Assembly: GCA_038127595.1 (NCBI GenBank)
Contig: JAYPIC010000002.1
Location: 1 to 62,353 of the forward strand
DNA from: a bacterium
GTDB lineage: Bacteria > Fidelibacterota > Marinisomatia > Marinisomatales > UBA1611
Reading direction: 5' to 3'
Length of the DNA: 62,353 nucleotides
Shown: piece by piece, positions 20,062 to 29,683 of the stretch
Numbering within the stretch: the stretch's first letter is position 1
Layout of the letters: each line of letters opens with the position of its first letter
Position numbers and translations under genes: made by a program
The notes under the pieces: generated by a model
What the model saw: only the letters and a program-made list of their open reading frames with translations
Database searches by the model: none
What the model was told of the DNA's origin: nothing

Positions 20062-20772
20062 TTAAAATAAACTTCTAGCTTCATTTAAGTCCTCTATAAA
20101 ATCAATTTCGAGACAAGGAAGGTCAGAAACGTCGCTATAGTATACATCAACTTCTTTTAAAAGAGGTTCGATCCCAGCCTCAAAATAATCAGATTTTCCT
20201 CCTGCATCAATCAATTTAGTTAATGAATTAGAAAATAACATATTAAAATCTTTTGAAAGTTTAGCTACTCCTAAAAACTCACCTAAGCAGTGCTCCTCAA
20301 TTAATTCTTTACCAATCGCTTTTATTTTTTGATTTGCACCCTCAATTACTTTAACCTCTTCTCTTCCACACTTTTTTATATCTACCGCTAAAACAGTTTC
20401 GTACTTAGAATCATTGATTCTTGTAATGAGTTCTGGCGGATATATTACATCTGCATTCATTAGGATATGATCCTCTAAAACTAATTTTCTACAACCAAGG
20501 TAGACCGAATATGCAGTATTGGTCTCAAAATAATGATTATTGATAATGAATTCAAATGACAATCCTGGAAAAGTCTCTGTAACATGTTTAATTAACATTT
20601 CACGGTGATAGCCAACTATCATAGTAACCTCTTGAATACCAATATTTTGAATTGCTTCAAGCTGATAGTTAATAATCGGCTTACCACCTACATCAAGAAG
20701 ACACTTTGGGGTATTATATGTTTCAGGGTAAAGCCTTCTTGATACGCCTGCAGCTAAAATAAATGCTTTCAT
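20062..20772 (-). CDS. sugar/alcohol-phosphate nucleotidyltransferase (NTP_transferase fold, LicC/IPCT-like)
   Basis: 236 aa. N-terminal nucleotide-binding signature MKAFILAAGVSRRL ... PKCLLDVGGKPII. Substrate unknown. Confidence 0.75.
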   Translation of the reverse strand: MKAFILAAGVSRRLYPETYNTPKCLLDVGGKPIINYQLEAIQNIGIQEVTMIVGYHREMLIKHVTETFPGLSFEFIINNHYFETNTAYSVYLGCRKLVLEDHILMNADVIYPPELITRINDSKYETVLAVDIKKCGREEVKVIEGANQKIKAIGKELIEEHCLGEFLGVAKLSKDFNMLFSNSLTKLIDAGGKSDYFEAGIEPLLKEVDVYYSDVSDLPCLEIDFIEDLNEARSLF

Positions 20773-20779
20773 AATTCCT

Positions 20780-21742
20780 CTATGGTAATACTTTGATAAT
20801 ACTAGAATTTACATCAGCCTTAGTTATTGACCTTAGGCAACAAATATTTTTTCTACAAGGTTTACAACGATGACTTTTGTCAATTAAAATAGAATGTTCA
20901 CCAATTGGCCCAGTGACTATTGATCTATTTGCTCCAAAAAAGGAGATAGTTGGGACTCCAATGATGGATGAAATGTGGCCAAGTCCACTATCTGTGGCTA
21001 AAGCATATTTACATAATGAAATCAAAATCATACTTTCTCTCAAACTGTATTTACCACACAAGGAAGTGATGCTCAAATCATTATTATTTTTAATTATTTT
21101 CTCCGCTTCCTCCGATTCTTTATCTGAACCAAAAATCAAATAATTTTCATTTGATTCATTAATCCATTCAGATATTTTTTCATGCGGTAAGGTCCTTGCA
21201 GCTGCAATACTAAAAGGAAATAAGGCAACGAAATCCTTTAATTCTAAATTTTTAATTTCATTTTTACCCCAAAGTAATTCTTTCTCAGTAAAAAAAATGA
21301 ATTCCCCGTTGGAATCAAATTTTGTTCTATTTATCAATCGTAGATATTTTAAAGATCTATGAACTTTTTTTGGAGGTAATTCAGGCTTATGAGTTAAAAA
21401 TAGCCCTCTACCTTGAACATTAAACCCAATTCGCTTAATTGCTCCAGACAACCACATAATTATGGAGCTTCTAAAGGAGTCGGTTAGGGAATAAAATACA
21501 TCAATATTTAAATTTCTTAATGACAATCCAATACTAAGTGTATTGACGAGTCCATTATTTTTACCACTAGGGATTACAATTAAATCATCGATATCTGGGT
21601 GGTTTAGATACACCGAACTGACCCATTTCTTGCATAGTATAATGATTTTAGAGTCAGGATGTTTTAATTTGATATTACTAATAAATGGCAAGGAGAGTGC
21701 TGCATCACCCACCCAATTTGGGCTATAGATTGCAATATTCAT
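20780..21742 (-). CDS. glycosyltransferase family 9 (LPS heptosyltransferase, WaaF-like)
   Basis: 320 aa. N-terminal SPNWVGDAALSLPFI and C-terminal ATDSGLGHISSIIGVPTISFFG are typical of GT9. Confidence 0.85.
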   Translation of the reverse strand: MNIAIYSPNWVGDAALSLPFISNIKLKHPDSKIIILCKKWVSSVYLNHPDIDDLIVIPSGKNNGLVNTLSIGLSLRNLNIDVFYSLTDSFRSSIIMWLSGAIKRIGFNVQGRGLFLTHKPELPPKKVHRSLKYLRLINRTKFDSNGEFIFFTEKELLWGKNEIKNLELKDFVALFPFSIAAARTLPHEKISEWINESNENYLIFGSDKESEEAEKIIKNNNDLSITSLCGKYSLRESMILISLCKYALATDSGLGHISSIIGVPTISFFGANRSIVTGPIGEHSILIDKSHRCKPCRKNICCLRSITKADVNSSIIKVLP

Positions 21743-21743
21743 T

Positions 21744-22832
21744 TCAAGATAATTTTTTCTCTATTTCATCTACCAATCTATAAGATGACTTACCATCTTT
21801 TTTGTATAAATAATGGCTATGAGCAACTTGTCTAAGATCTGACATTTCTTCTGGATGATCAGTAGCAAAAGCAATACTTCTGTGAAGCTCTGATGGATAA
21901 TCAACTTTATATACAAAGTCCAATTCTTGCATTCTTTCTAGGTCTAGTTTTTTTTTAAATCTTTTACTAAAAATTCGATGCCTCAATCTAAGCTTTAAGC
22001 ATTCTACCTGAATGATTGGTCGATTTAAGGGCAAAAATTCAAATATAGTAGATGACAAATCACTGATTAGAACATCAGCAATTAGAAAATATGGAATGAT
22101 ATTATAATCACTACTATCCAGGAGATATATATTATCATTTTTGATTGATAGGTTCTTCGCTATTTGGCTTTGGTGAACATACCTTTTTTGGAACCAAGAG
22201 AAGTTATGAAGTTTGAAAATAATATTATATTCACTAGATATAAATTCTAATTCCTTATATATATTTTCAAAAGAAGTTGGATAGAATGTTGGAGCATATA
22301 AAACAGTAGGCAGATCATTTTTTATACCAATACTATCTTTTAAGCGTTTATTTGCTTTTTCATTTGTAGTGTAAAGAGGATCAATTTTAGTAAAACCAGT
22401 TAAAGCTAAGTCTGCTGAATTAGATTGAATCAATAACTTCTGATACCTTGATTCTGATTCCACTGATCTAATATCAATTCTATCATCAATGTCATTATAA
22501 TAAGACTGCTTAAGCCCGATGCCATGATACACCATCACTGTTAGCGTATTATCTGAAGCTATCTTAGTTATCTGTCCAACATTAGCAACTAAAATGATAC
22601 TAAAGTTCTCATTTAGAATCTTTTTGATTCTTAATTCTTCATCATCTGCATCAATGGTATTAAGCCCTAAATCCTTGCATGCCAGGCAGAACAAATCTCT
22701 TTCTCTTTGATTAATATGTTGAGGCATAGAAAAATAAATATCATAATTACCTCTATTTTTAAATTCATCAACTATCGGCAAGAAATTAGGTAAATAGTAT
22801 AAATGATGAGTTTCAAAAAGTACTTTTATCAT
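21744..22832 (-). CDS. CDP-alcohol (CDP-glycerol type) glycerophosphotransferase family protein, TagB/TagF-like
   Basis: 362 aa. Family motifs VYHGIGLK, TVLYAPTFYP, VLISDLSSTIFEFLPLNRPII. Confidence 0.8.
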   Translation of the reverse strand: MIKVLFETHHLYYLPNFLPIVDEFKNRGNYDIYFSMPQHINQRERDLFCLACKDLGLNTIDADDEELRIKKILNENFSIILVANVGQITKIASDNTLTVMVYHGIGLKQSYYNDIDDRIDIRSVESESRYQKLLIQSNSADLALTGFTKIDPLYTTNEKANKRLKDSIGIKNDLPTVLYAPTFYPTSFENIYKELEFISSEYNIIFKLHNFSWFQKRYVHQSQIAKNLSIKNDNIYLLDSSDYNIIPYFLIADVLISDLSSTIFEFLPLNRPIIQVECLKLRLRHRIFSKRFKKKLDLERMQELDFVYKVDYPSELHRSIAFATDHPEEMSDLRQVAHSHYLYKKDGKSSYRLVDEIEKKLS

Positions 22833-22841
22833 TTTAAAAAA

Positions 22842-23969
22842 CTATCTGTTTATTCTTTTTAATATTTCATCGCGTGCGCGTATTGAGGCAGACCCATCAA
22901 GCTTGTATAGCATTTTTTTTTGATACTCTTCAATCAAGGCTGTGTTTTTATTGTTTTGATTTAATGCTTTTTCTATGGCAAGAGGTAACTGCTTAACATT
23001 ATCTGCTAAAAAACAAAATTTTTCAACTTCATCATTCATTTCTTTATCCAATCTTCTTTTGTATAGCCTTTTCTGAAAAATTCTATGGGATAATTTTAAG
23101 TGATAAAACCGATTTACAACTACTGGTTTTGATAATGCAATCATTTCGTATATAGTACTGCTCGCATCAGTTAACAAAAGGTCAGAAATTTTATAATAAG
23201 GAGTAACATTATACTCGGCCGGTTCTAATAATCTGATATGATCAAATTGATCTATTAATTTAAAAATTAACTTTCTTTGACCTTTTAGACTTATACCCCC
23301 AAAGCTATCTAGATAATAGGTCCACATATGTGGCTTGATTATTAGATTGTAGCCTGAGGTAATATCTCCAAGCGATAATCCTAACTTTTCAAGTGAGCTC
23401 GGATAAAATGTCGGAGCATATAGTATTGTTTTTTTTGATTTATCTAAACCAAGTGATTCCTCTTTATCTTTATAATAATTAGAATTTTTATTAAACAGCG
23501 AATCAAGTTTAATGTAACCAGTCAAAACTAAATCAGTATCTACTCCATGCTTTCGAAGCTGATCTATTCTATATCGCCCTTCAACAAATCTTACGTCAAG
23601 CCTTTTATTATTATCTCTCCAATAAGAGGGCTTAACTCCAATACCATGATAAATCATAATTACCAACGTAGTTTTACTTACATAGGATTCAATTTCATAT
23701 CTAGACCATCCACAAATAAAAACATCTAAGTTTAATTTTTTAATTTTAGTTTTCCTGATATCCTCATTTTCATGAAAAATAAATGACCCTTTTCTTTTAT
23801 TCAAAATTGATGTGCAAATTTCAATTTCCTCTTTTCTATTTTTACTAGATGTAGAAAAAAAAATTTTAAATCTATCGTCATTCTCTAGCAAATCAATGAG
23901 AGGGTCAAATTGAGCAAGATGATAAAGATGATACACATCAAACAAGATAGAAATCTGATTTTCCATCAA
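22842..23969 (-). CDS. CDP-alcohol glycerophosphotransferase family protein, TagB/TagF-like (paralogue)
   Basis: 375 aa. Motifs IYHGIGVK, TILYAPTFYP, LLLTDASSTIYEMIALSKPVV. Clearly paralogous to the neighbouring gene. Confidence 0.8.
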   Translation of the reverse strand: MMENQISILFDVYHLYHLAQFDPLIDLLENDDRFKIFFSTSSKNRKEEIEICTSILNKRKGSFIFHENEDIRKTKIKKLNLDVFICGWSRYEIESYVSKTTLVIMIYHGIGVKPSYWRDNNKRLDVRFVEGRYRIDQLRKHGVDTDLVLTGYIKLDSLFNKNSNYYKDKEESLGLDKSKKTILYAPTFYPSSLEKLGLSLGDITSGYNLIIKPHMWTYYLDSFGGISLKGQRKLIFKLIDQFDHIRLLEPAEYNVTPYYKISDLLLTDASSTIYEMIALSKPVVVNRFYHLKLSHRIFQKRLYKRRLDKEMNDEVEKFCFLADNVKQLPLAIEKALNQNNKNTALIEEYQKKMLYKLDGSASIRARDEILKRINR

Positions 23970-23972
23970 TAT

Positions 23973-25802
23973 TTAGCTTTTAAACTGCTTTTTGTATAAT
24001 CTTGTATAAACGCCGTCCTTTTCAAGTAAATCTTTATGAGAGCCGGAGTCTGCAATTTTACCATCTTTCATAACAACAATTGTATCAGCGTTTTCAACAG
24101 TAGTAAGCCTATGGGCAATTACTAAAACAGTTCTATCTTCCATTAAATTATCAATTGCTTTTTGTACGAGGAATTCAGATTCAGTATCTAGAGATGAAGT
24201 TGCTTCATCAAGTATAAGTATTGATGGGTTTTTAAGTATTGCTCTAGCAATTGCAATTCTTTGCCTTTGCCCTCCAGACAAACGCACTCCTTTTTCACCA
24301 ATTATAGTATCAAAACCATTTGGCTGATCAATGATAAAATCGTATGCATTAGCATTTTTTGCCGCCTCATACAACTGGTCATCAGTAACGCTTTGAAGCC
24401 CATATTTTATATTAGCACCTATCGAATCATTAAACAGAATGGTCTCTTGCGAGACAATACCCATCATCTTTCTCATTGATTTAATATTTAAATCTCTGAT
24501 ATCTGCTCCATCAATTTCAATTGCGCCACTAGCAACATCATAAAATCTAGGGATTAAATCTGCAACGGTCGACTTGCCTGCACCACTTGCACCAACTAAT
24601 GCTGTAACAGTTCCTTTTTTCATTTTAAATGAAATATCTTTTAAAATGTTTTCAGTCCCATCATAATTAAAAGTCACATTCCTAAAGACAATGTCATTTT
24701 TTACATCACTTATTATAATTGCATTTGGCTTAGAAGTAATTGGAGGTACAGTATCAAGCACTTCAAATACTCGTTCAGCAGAAGCAAATCCTTTTTGAAG
24801 GTTTATCCCAACATTACTTAGAGAACGTATTGGTTGTAATACGCTGAATAGAATTAATATAAATCGTATAAAATCCTCTGAATTCATGTCCCCAGATACT
24901 AGGACATCATGCCCGCCAATCCACAATAGGATCACTGCAATAAATGCACCAATCATTTCAGTTATCGGGGACGAAACTAATCGCAACCTAGCTTGCCTTA
25001 GGTCTAGAGCATAGTGACGCTCCTGTTCTTTTTTAAAGCGAACTGTTTCAAATGCTTCCATTGCAAAAGATTTAACTATCCTAATCGAATTCAAATTCTC
25101 ACTCATCATACCCATTATTCTTGCAATTTTTTCTGCAGTTCTTTTTGATCTTCTTCGGATACTTTTACCAATTATAACTACTACAACTCCTGTAAGAGGA
25201 ACTATTACAATAGATAAAAGTGCAAGTTTCAGATTAATTATAAATAAAAGAGATATGAAAACTATAATATTAATTGGCTCAACGAACAGCTTATGAAAGC
25301 TAGTCCCAAAAGCTACACGCATGTTCGAGACATCATTTATTACTATAGATGATAATTCTCCTGTTTGCCTCTTATCAAAAAAAGATAAAGACATATTTTG
25401 CAAATGAGTATAAAGCTGAGCTCTTAATTTTTTAATTAAATTAAATTGGATGTAGGTCAGTGATATATTTTTGATGTAAAGAAAAAAGTTTTTGATCAAA
25501 AAAGATCCAATTAAAGTGTAACATAAGACTTTTAATGATTCTATTGCTGTACTTCTAAGTATTAGTTCATTCGTCCAATATTTAAGTTGATCATTAAGAC
25601 TTACTTTAGAACTAGCTAAAATGTTTTGATTCATTATTAGTTCATCAAAATCAGTTAGAATGTTGTTAAACAGCGTTGCTGTTAGCCAAACTGATAACCC
25701 ATTAAATGCAACATAAATAAAAGCTGATAATGATGATAGTACAAGAAAAGGCCAATAACCAGATACCAGCTTATAAAGTCTTTTGTAAATAGATCTATCC
25801 AT
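23973..25802 (-). CDS. ABC exporter, fused permease/ATPase (MsbA-like lipid/glycolipid flippase)
   Basis: 609 aa. Six-TM N-terminal domain, Walker A GASGAGKST, signature LSGGQRQRIAIARA, Walker B ILILDEATS. Confidence 0.88.
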   Translation of the reverse strand: MDRSIYKRLYKLVSGYWPFLVLSSLSAFIYVAFNGLSVWLTATLFNNILTDFDELIMNQNILASSKVSLNDQLKYWTNELILRSTAIESLKVLCYTLIGSFLIKNFFLYIKNISLTYIQFNLIKKLRAQLYTHLQNMSLSFFDKRQTGELSSIVINDVSNMRVAFGTSFHKLFVEPINIIVFISLLFIINLKLALLSIVIVPLTGVVVVIIGKSIRRRSKRTAEKIARIMGMMSENLNSIRIVKSFAMEAFETVRFKKEQERHYALDLRQARLRLVSSPITEMIGAFIAVILLWIGGHDVLVSGDMNSEDFIRFILILFSVLQPIRSLSNVGINLQKGFASAERVFEVLDTVPPITSKPNAIIISDVKNDIVFRNVTFNYDGTENILKDISFKMKKGTVTALVGASGAGKSTVADLIPRFYDVASGAIEIDGADIRDLNIKSMRKMMGIVSQETILFNDSIGANIKYGLQSVTDDQLYEAAKNANAYDFIIDQPNGFDTIIGEKGVRLSGGQRQRIAIARAILKNPSILILDEATSSLDTESEFLVQKAIDNLMEDRTVLVIAHRLTTVENADTIVVMKDGKIADSGSHKDLLEKDGVYTRLYKKQFKS

Positions 25803-25878
25803 TAATAATTAAGTAAAATATTTTCAATTAAATAATAGTTTAGTATAAATAAACGATATATGCAGGCTATTAAATAAA

Positions 25879-26643
25879 TTAAAGGTCTAGACTCAAAGAT
25901 ACCGGACAGTGGTCTGAACCCATTACATCCTGATGAATTTCTGCATCTTTACACAGTTCTGCAAGGTCTGAATTAACAAAAAAATAATCAATACGCCAGC
26001 CAACATTCCTTGCTCTTGCACCCATTCTATAGGACCACCAAGAATAACGATCCGGCTCATCATGAAAAAGCCTAAAAGTATCAACCCAACCATCTTCAAC
26101 ATACTCATCTAGCTTTTCTCTTTCAATAGGCATAAAACCAGAAGTGTTTATATTTTCTTTTGGTCTAGCTAAATCAATAGGGTGATGAGCTGTATTCCAA
26201 TCACCAGCAACAATAACATTGTTACCAGATTCTACTTGTTCATTTATCATAGGAAGTAGGTCATCATAAAAATCTAATTTATATTTTAGGCGAGTGTCAT
26301 CTTTTTGCCCATTTGGAAAATATATATTGTAGAGTAAAAAATCATCATGTTCTGTTAGAAGCACTCTACCCTCCACATCATACTTATCAATGCCTAACCC
26401 TTCCTGCACATATAAAGGTTCATTCTTACAAAATGTTGCAACTCCACTATAGCCACGTCTTTCTCCTGAATGCCAATATGCATTATAGCCATGGTCTTTC
26501 AAGATTTCAGAGCCCAATTGATCCACATGGGCTTTAGTTTCCTGAATACACAAAATATCTGGTGACTCGTGCTCCAGCCACTCAAAAAGCCCTTTTTTAG
26601 TCGCAGCTCTTACTCCATTAACATTCCATGAAAATAATCTCAT
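25879..26643 (-). CDS. xth: exodeoxyribonuclease III (AP endonuclease)
   Basis: 254 aa. MRLFSWNVNG, LCIQETK, AGDWNTAH, GSDHCPV. Confidence 0.93.
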   Translation of the reverse strand: MRLFSWNVNGVRAATKKGLFEWLEHESPDILCIQETKAHVDQLGSEILKDHGYNAYWHSGERRGYSGVATFCKNEPLYVQEGLGIDKYDVEGRVLLTEHDDFLLYNIYFPNGQKDDTRLKYKLDFYDDLLPMINEQVESGNNVIVAGDWNTAHHPIDLARPKENINTSGFMPIEREKLDEYVEDGWVDTFRLFHDEPDRYSWWSYRMGARARNVGWRIDYFFVNSDLAELCKDAEIHQDVMGSDHCPVSLSLDL

Positions 26644-26649
26644 TTTTTC

Positions 26650-28326
26650 TCACTTTTTTTTTAATTTTTTAATACTATGTTCTATTTTTTTTATAATAGC
26701 ATCTCTATTCGTAATTATACTCTCATCGATATTTAATAAAAAGCCATCATCCTCTACCATAATTTCTGAATTTTGGGTACCTTGTGATAAACCCTCTACA
26801 ATAAAAGTTTTAACAGGGTGTAATTTACCTTTTACTTTGACTTCATTGGAAGGTTTGCAAGTAATCTCATCTTTGATAATATTATATGTGTTTTCAGAAA
26901 TTAGTATACTATTTGAACCTGCTAACCCTTCTAACCTTGAAGCCAGGTTTACCCCGTTACCAATCACAGTATAATCTAACCTGTCTTTCGAACCAAAGTT
27001 CCCTACTGTACATATGTCAGAGTGTATTCCTATCCTTATTGATAGCTCATCTGAAATACCTTGATCTCTCCACTTCTTTTTAATTACTTTTAACTTGGAA
27101 AGCATTTCCATTGCCATTCTTACACACGAAACTGCATCTTTTTTTATCCCAGCGGTTTTGGGGTCTCCAAAAAATATCATGATTGCATCGCCGATATATT
27201 TATCAACTGTGCCTCCATATTTAATGGCAATATTTGTCATTTCAGTTAAATAATCAGCAATGAGATTTGTAAGCTGCTCAGGCTCTAATTTTTCTGTTAA
27301 TAATGTGAAACCCTTAATATCAGAAAAGAAAATAGTTAGGTTTTTCCTACTAGTATTTATCGTTACATCTAGTTCTCCACTAAAGATTGAGTTGAATACC
27401 TGAGGGGAAAAATATTTAGATAATTTTTCTAAAATCATTTCCTTTGTTTTAGCCTCACTAATATCTGTACTATACATTAAATAAAATTCAAATTGTGGAG
27501 TAAATACAATATCAGAAGAAAATGTTTTCTGGCCAACATAATGTTCAATGTTCTTCAATCCCGAACCGTTAGACTTTTCAATTTTTGATATGATCCAATT
27601 ATCAATTTTATCTCCTAAAGAAATCCCCCATTCTTTAATTATGAATAAAGCTGCTTCGTTGAAATATTCAAGGGTAAAATCTTTATCAAAACGAAGGACT
27701 GGGTTTGGATTCTGATCAGGAAATTTCCTTATAAGTTTTTCTGCTGTAACATCAGAACAATAAATAATTATAAACCCGAATTCTTTTACTGGAACTAGAT
27801 TAACATTGTAGGTAGTATGACCAAATTTTATTTGCCCAGAATTAGAATTTGATGTCATTGCAACCTCCCCAACCAAAGACAACAAGTCTTTATTTAATAC
27901 ATCACCTATTTTCAATTCATGATGATCAATAAATGATCTTGATGCCTCATTGAAGTATATTAGAGCGCCCTTGTAATCTACCTGCATTACTGGATTGGGA
28001 TTTTGATCTGGAAACGTTGAAATTATTTTTTTTGCGGTAATATCTTGAAGATATACATTATAACTACTTAGTTCTTTTACATAAACTGATCTAACCAGAT
28101 AGTGATATTTGTCTGTTTGAATCTCAAAATCTTTTTTATCATTAAGATTTTTAAAAATATTTTTTGGAACGCATTTATCCTTAACTTGATTCCAATATTG
28201 AATGATTTCGACAGAAGGCTTATTAAAGTATAAAATTTTTCCTTCTTCTGATACCCTCATCACAGGATTAGGGTTTTGGTCAGGAAATTTTTCAAATATT
28301 TTTATTATTTCATTATTAGTATTCAT
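26650..28326 (-). CDS. class III adenylate/guanylate cyclase with three N-terminal PAS-like modules
   Basis: 558 aa. C-terminal cyclase domain with LTIFFSDIKGFT, KYIGDAIMIFFG, DYTVIGNGVNLASRLE. The N-terminal half holds three ~95-aa repeats, each opening with FPDQNPNPV. Confidence 0.88.
   Translation of the reverse strand: MNTNNEIIKIFEKFPDQNPNPVMRVSEEGKILYFNKPSVEIIQYWNQVKDKCVPKNIFKNLNDKKDFEIQTDKYHYLVRSVYVKELSSYNVYLQDITAKKIISTFPDQNPNPVMQVDYKGALIYFNEASRSFIDHHELKIGDVLNKDLLSLVGEVAMTSNSNSGQIKFGHTTYNVNLVPVKEFGFIIIYCSDVTAEKLIRKFPDQNPNPVLRFDKDFTLEYFNEAALFIIKEWGISLGDKIDNWIISKIEKSNGSGLKNIEHYVGQKTFSSDIVFTPQFEFYLMYSTDISEAKTKEMILEKLSKYFSPQVFNSIFSGELDVTINTSRKNLTIFFSDIKGFTLLTEKLEPEQLTNLIADYLTEMTNIAIKYGGTVDKYIGDAIMIFFGDPKTAGIKKDAVSCVRMAMEMLSKLKVIKKKWRDQGISDELSIRIGIHSDICTVGNFGSKDRLDYTVIGNGVNLASRLEGLAGSNSILISENTYNIIKDEITCKPSNEVKVKGKLHPVKTFIVEGLSQGTQNSEIMVEDDGFLLNIDESIITNRDAIIKKIEHSIKKLKKK
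27427..28326 (-). repeat. three tandem ~95-codon intragenic modules (PAS-like, FPDQNPNPV-initiated)
   Basis: KFPDQNPNPVMRVSEEGKILYFNKPS at about aa 13, TFPDQNPNPVMQVDYKGALIYFNEAS at about aa 104, KFPDQNPNPVLRFDKDFTLEYFNEAA at about aa 201. Each module closes with D(I/V)(T/S)(A/E)xK. Confidence 0.8.
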
Positions 28327-28388
28327 TGTTATAACATTAAAGTATCTTCTTATTAATCTATGAAATAGAATTGTAATAATTTTATCAA

Positions 28389-28580
28389 ATGAAAAGAAAT
28401 TTCATATATCATATTTTTAGTCCTAAATCTATTAAAATAAGAATAACGACATTCATATGGGTACTATTCTGCTCATGGTTTTGGACAGGAGATCCAATGA
28501 AATCTGTGGGCCTTTCTGTTTCTGTGTTAGCTGGATCAATGGTAATTCAGGGTTTTTATGAATGGATTTACGATAGTTAA
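28389..28580 (+). CDS. small membrane protein (possibly DUF2061-like)
   Basis: 63 aa ORF in an otherwise empty 256-bp gap. Two hydrophobic segments and a C-terminal GFYEWIY reminiscent of DUF2061. Weak evidence only. Confidence 0.35.
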   Translation: MKRNFIYHIFSPKSIKIRITTFIWVLFCSWFWTGDPMKSVGLSVSVLAGSMVIQGFYEWIYDS

Positions 28581-28582
28581 AT

Positions 28583-29683
28583 CTAATTTTTAATTATTTT
28601 CAAAAATTTCCAATCCGAAGCAATAGCTCCAAAAACTCCAAATCCACCATTAATACCTATTGAACGCCCTTTAGTAGTGGAGGAGTTTAGAAGCGCATTT
28701 GAATACTCACCAGGCTCGCCAACAATGAAATATTCGTAATAATTATCATCAAATGCAGTCAATCTTAGTACATAATCCTTAACGATAACTCCTTCATCTT
28801 CAGAAAAACATAGCCAAGGATAAATTGATGGGTTGTTTTGCATTCCATCATTGAGATCAACGATAAACGGATCAAAATATCCCCCACACCAACCTGTATT
28901 AGAGTTATCATTCCACCAATCGCCAAGCATAACTTCAGCAGTAACCAATGCTTTACCTCTTGGTTCGTAATCATAACTTATATCAAATGGTTCGTCAACA
29001 AAGATAGTATCAGTTATTGATCCTCTTTGAAAGACTGAATTCAACTGAGGTTTAAAAGGGGTAGTAAGAAAACCAGTTACTGGATCAAAATTAGGAGCTG
29101 TAATGCTAAGTGTATAATTCTGTCCCTCTTGTGGCCTAAAGTTACCTGTAGTATCGATATAAAAATTCAACCTGAAGTTATTTGTATCAAACATAGTTGT
29201 ATCAAAATCGATATTGTATCCATCTATGAATATAGTAGTATCAACCATTATTGTATCGATCATTTCAATGTTTTCAACAAATGTAAATTCAAATCCTACT
29301 CCATTGTCATCTGTTACAAATACAGAAGCATCTTTGATTATTGCAGCAGGCTCATAAATCGAATCAACTTCCCAATATCCCTCATCATCACCCTCACACC
29401 AACACCTTTCATCTTCTTCCTCCGCCTCACAATTGCAATAAAACAATGTATCAACTCTAGAAAAACGTTGGGAGACTTCGTTTAAATCAGTTGTCCTATA
29501 CAATCCTACAAAACTTGTGAATCCAGGATCTAAATTTAAAATTCCAAAAACATTTAGCACGTGATCATAATTAGATTCTATTTCCTCCCACTCTCTTTCA
29601 ATACCAATGCAGCTAAATATTAGCAGGAGAAACAATAGTAAAGACGGCTGATATTTATTTTTAAAAGTCAAATTTAATTCCAA
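28583..29683 (-). CDS. DUF4249-like lipoprotein, partner of the upstream TonB-dependent receptor
   Basis: 366 aa. Lipobox LIFSC. C-terminal GINGGFGVFGA motif. Overlaps the receptor gene 3' end by 23 nt. Paralogous arrangement to 47011..48225. Confidence 0.6.
   Translation of the reverse strand: MELNLTFKNKYQPSLLLFLLLIFSCIGIEREWEEIESNYDHVLNVFGILNLDPGFTSFVGLYRTTDLNEVSQRFSRVDTLFYCNCEAEEEDERCWCEGDDEGYWEVDSIYEPAAIIKDASVFVTDDNGVGFEFTFVENIEMIDTIMVDTTIFIDGYNIDFDTTMFDTNNFRLNFYIDTTGNFRPQEGQNYTLSITAPNFDPVTGFLTTPFKPQLNSVFQRGSITDTIFVDEPFDISYDYEPRGKALVTAEVMLGDWWNDNSNTGWCGGYFDPFIVDLNDGMQNNPSIYPWLCFSEDEGVIVKDYVLRLTAFDDNYYEYFIVGEPGEYSNALLNSSTTKGRSIGINGGFGVFGAIASDWKFLKIIKN

Noticed and set aside
223-27083. Many 60-95 aa plus-strand ORFs nested inside long minus-strand genes: 223..471, 763..1047, 1573..1773, 4561..4821, 16805..17011, 17334..17528, 17919..18110, 19621..19839, 20877..21143, 21543..21728, 23547..23729, 24261..24479, 26313..26537, 26886..27083. 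Later examples are 28838..29020, 29129..29485, 29790..29990, 38528..38962, 41946..42143, 51622..52109, 52438..54252, 55343..55633, 57364..57642 and 58384..58593.
   Set aside because: These are antisense shadow ORFs within genes that have strong family signatures. Their translations are low-complexity (Ile/Phe/Ser/Leu-rich) with no motifs. This is expected by chance in AT-rich DNA.
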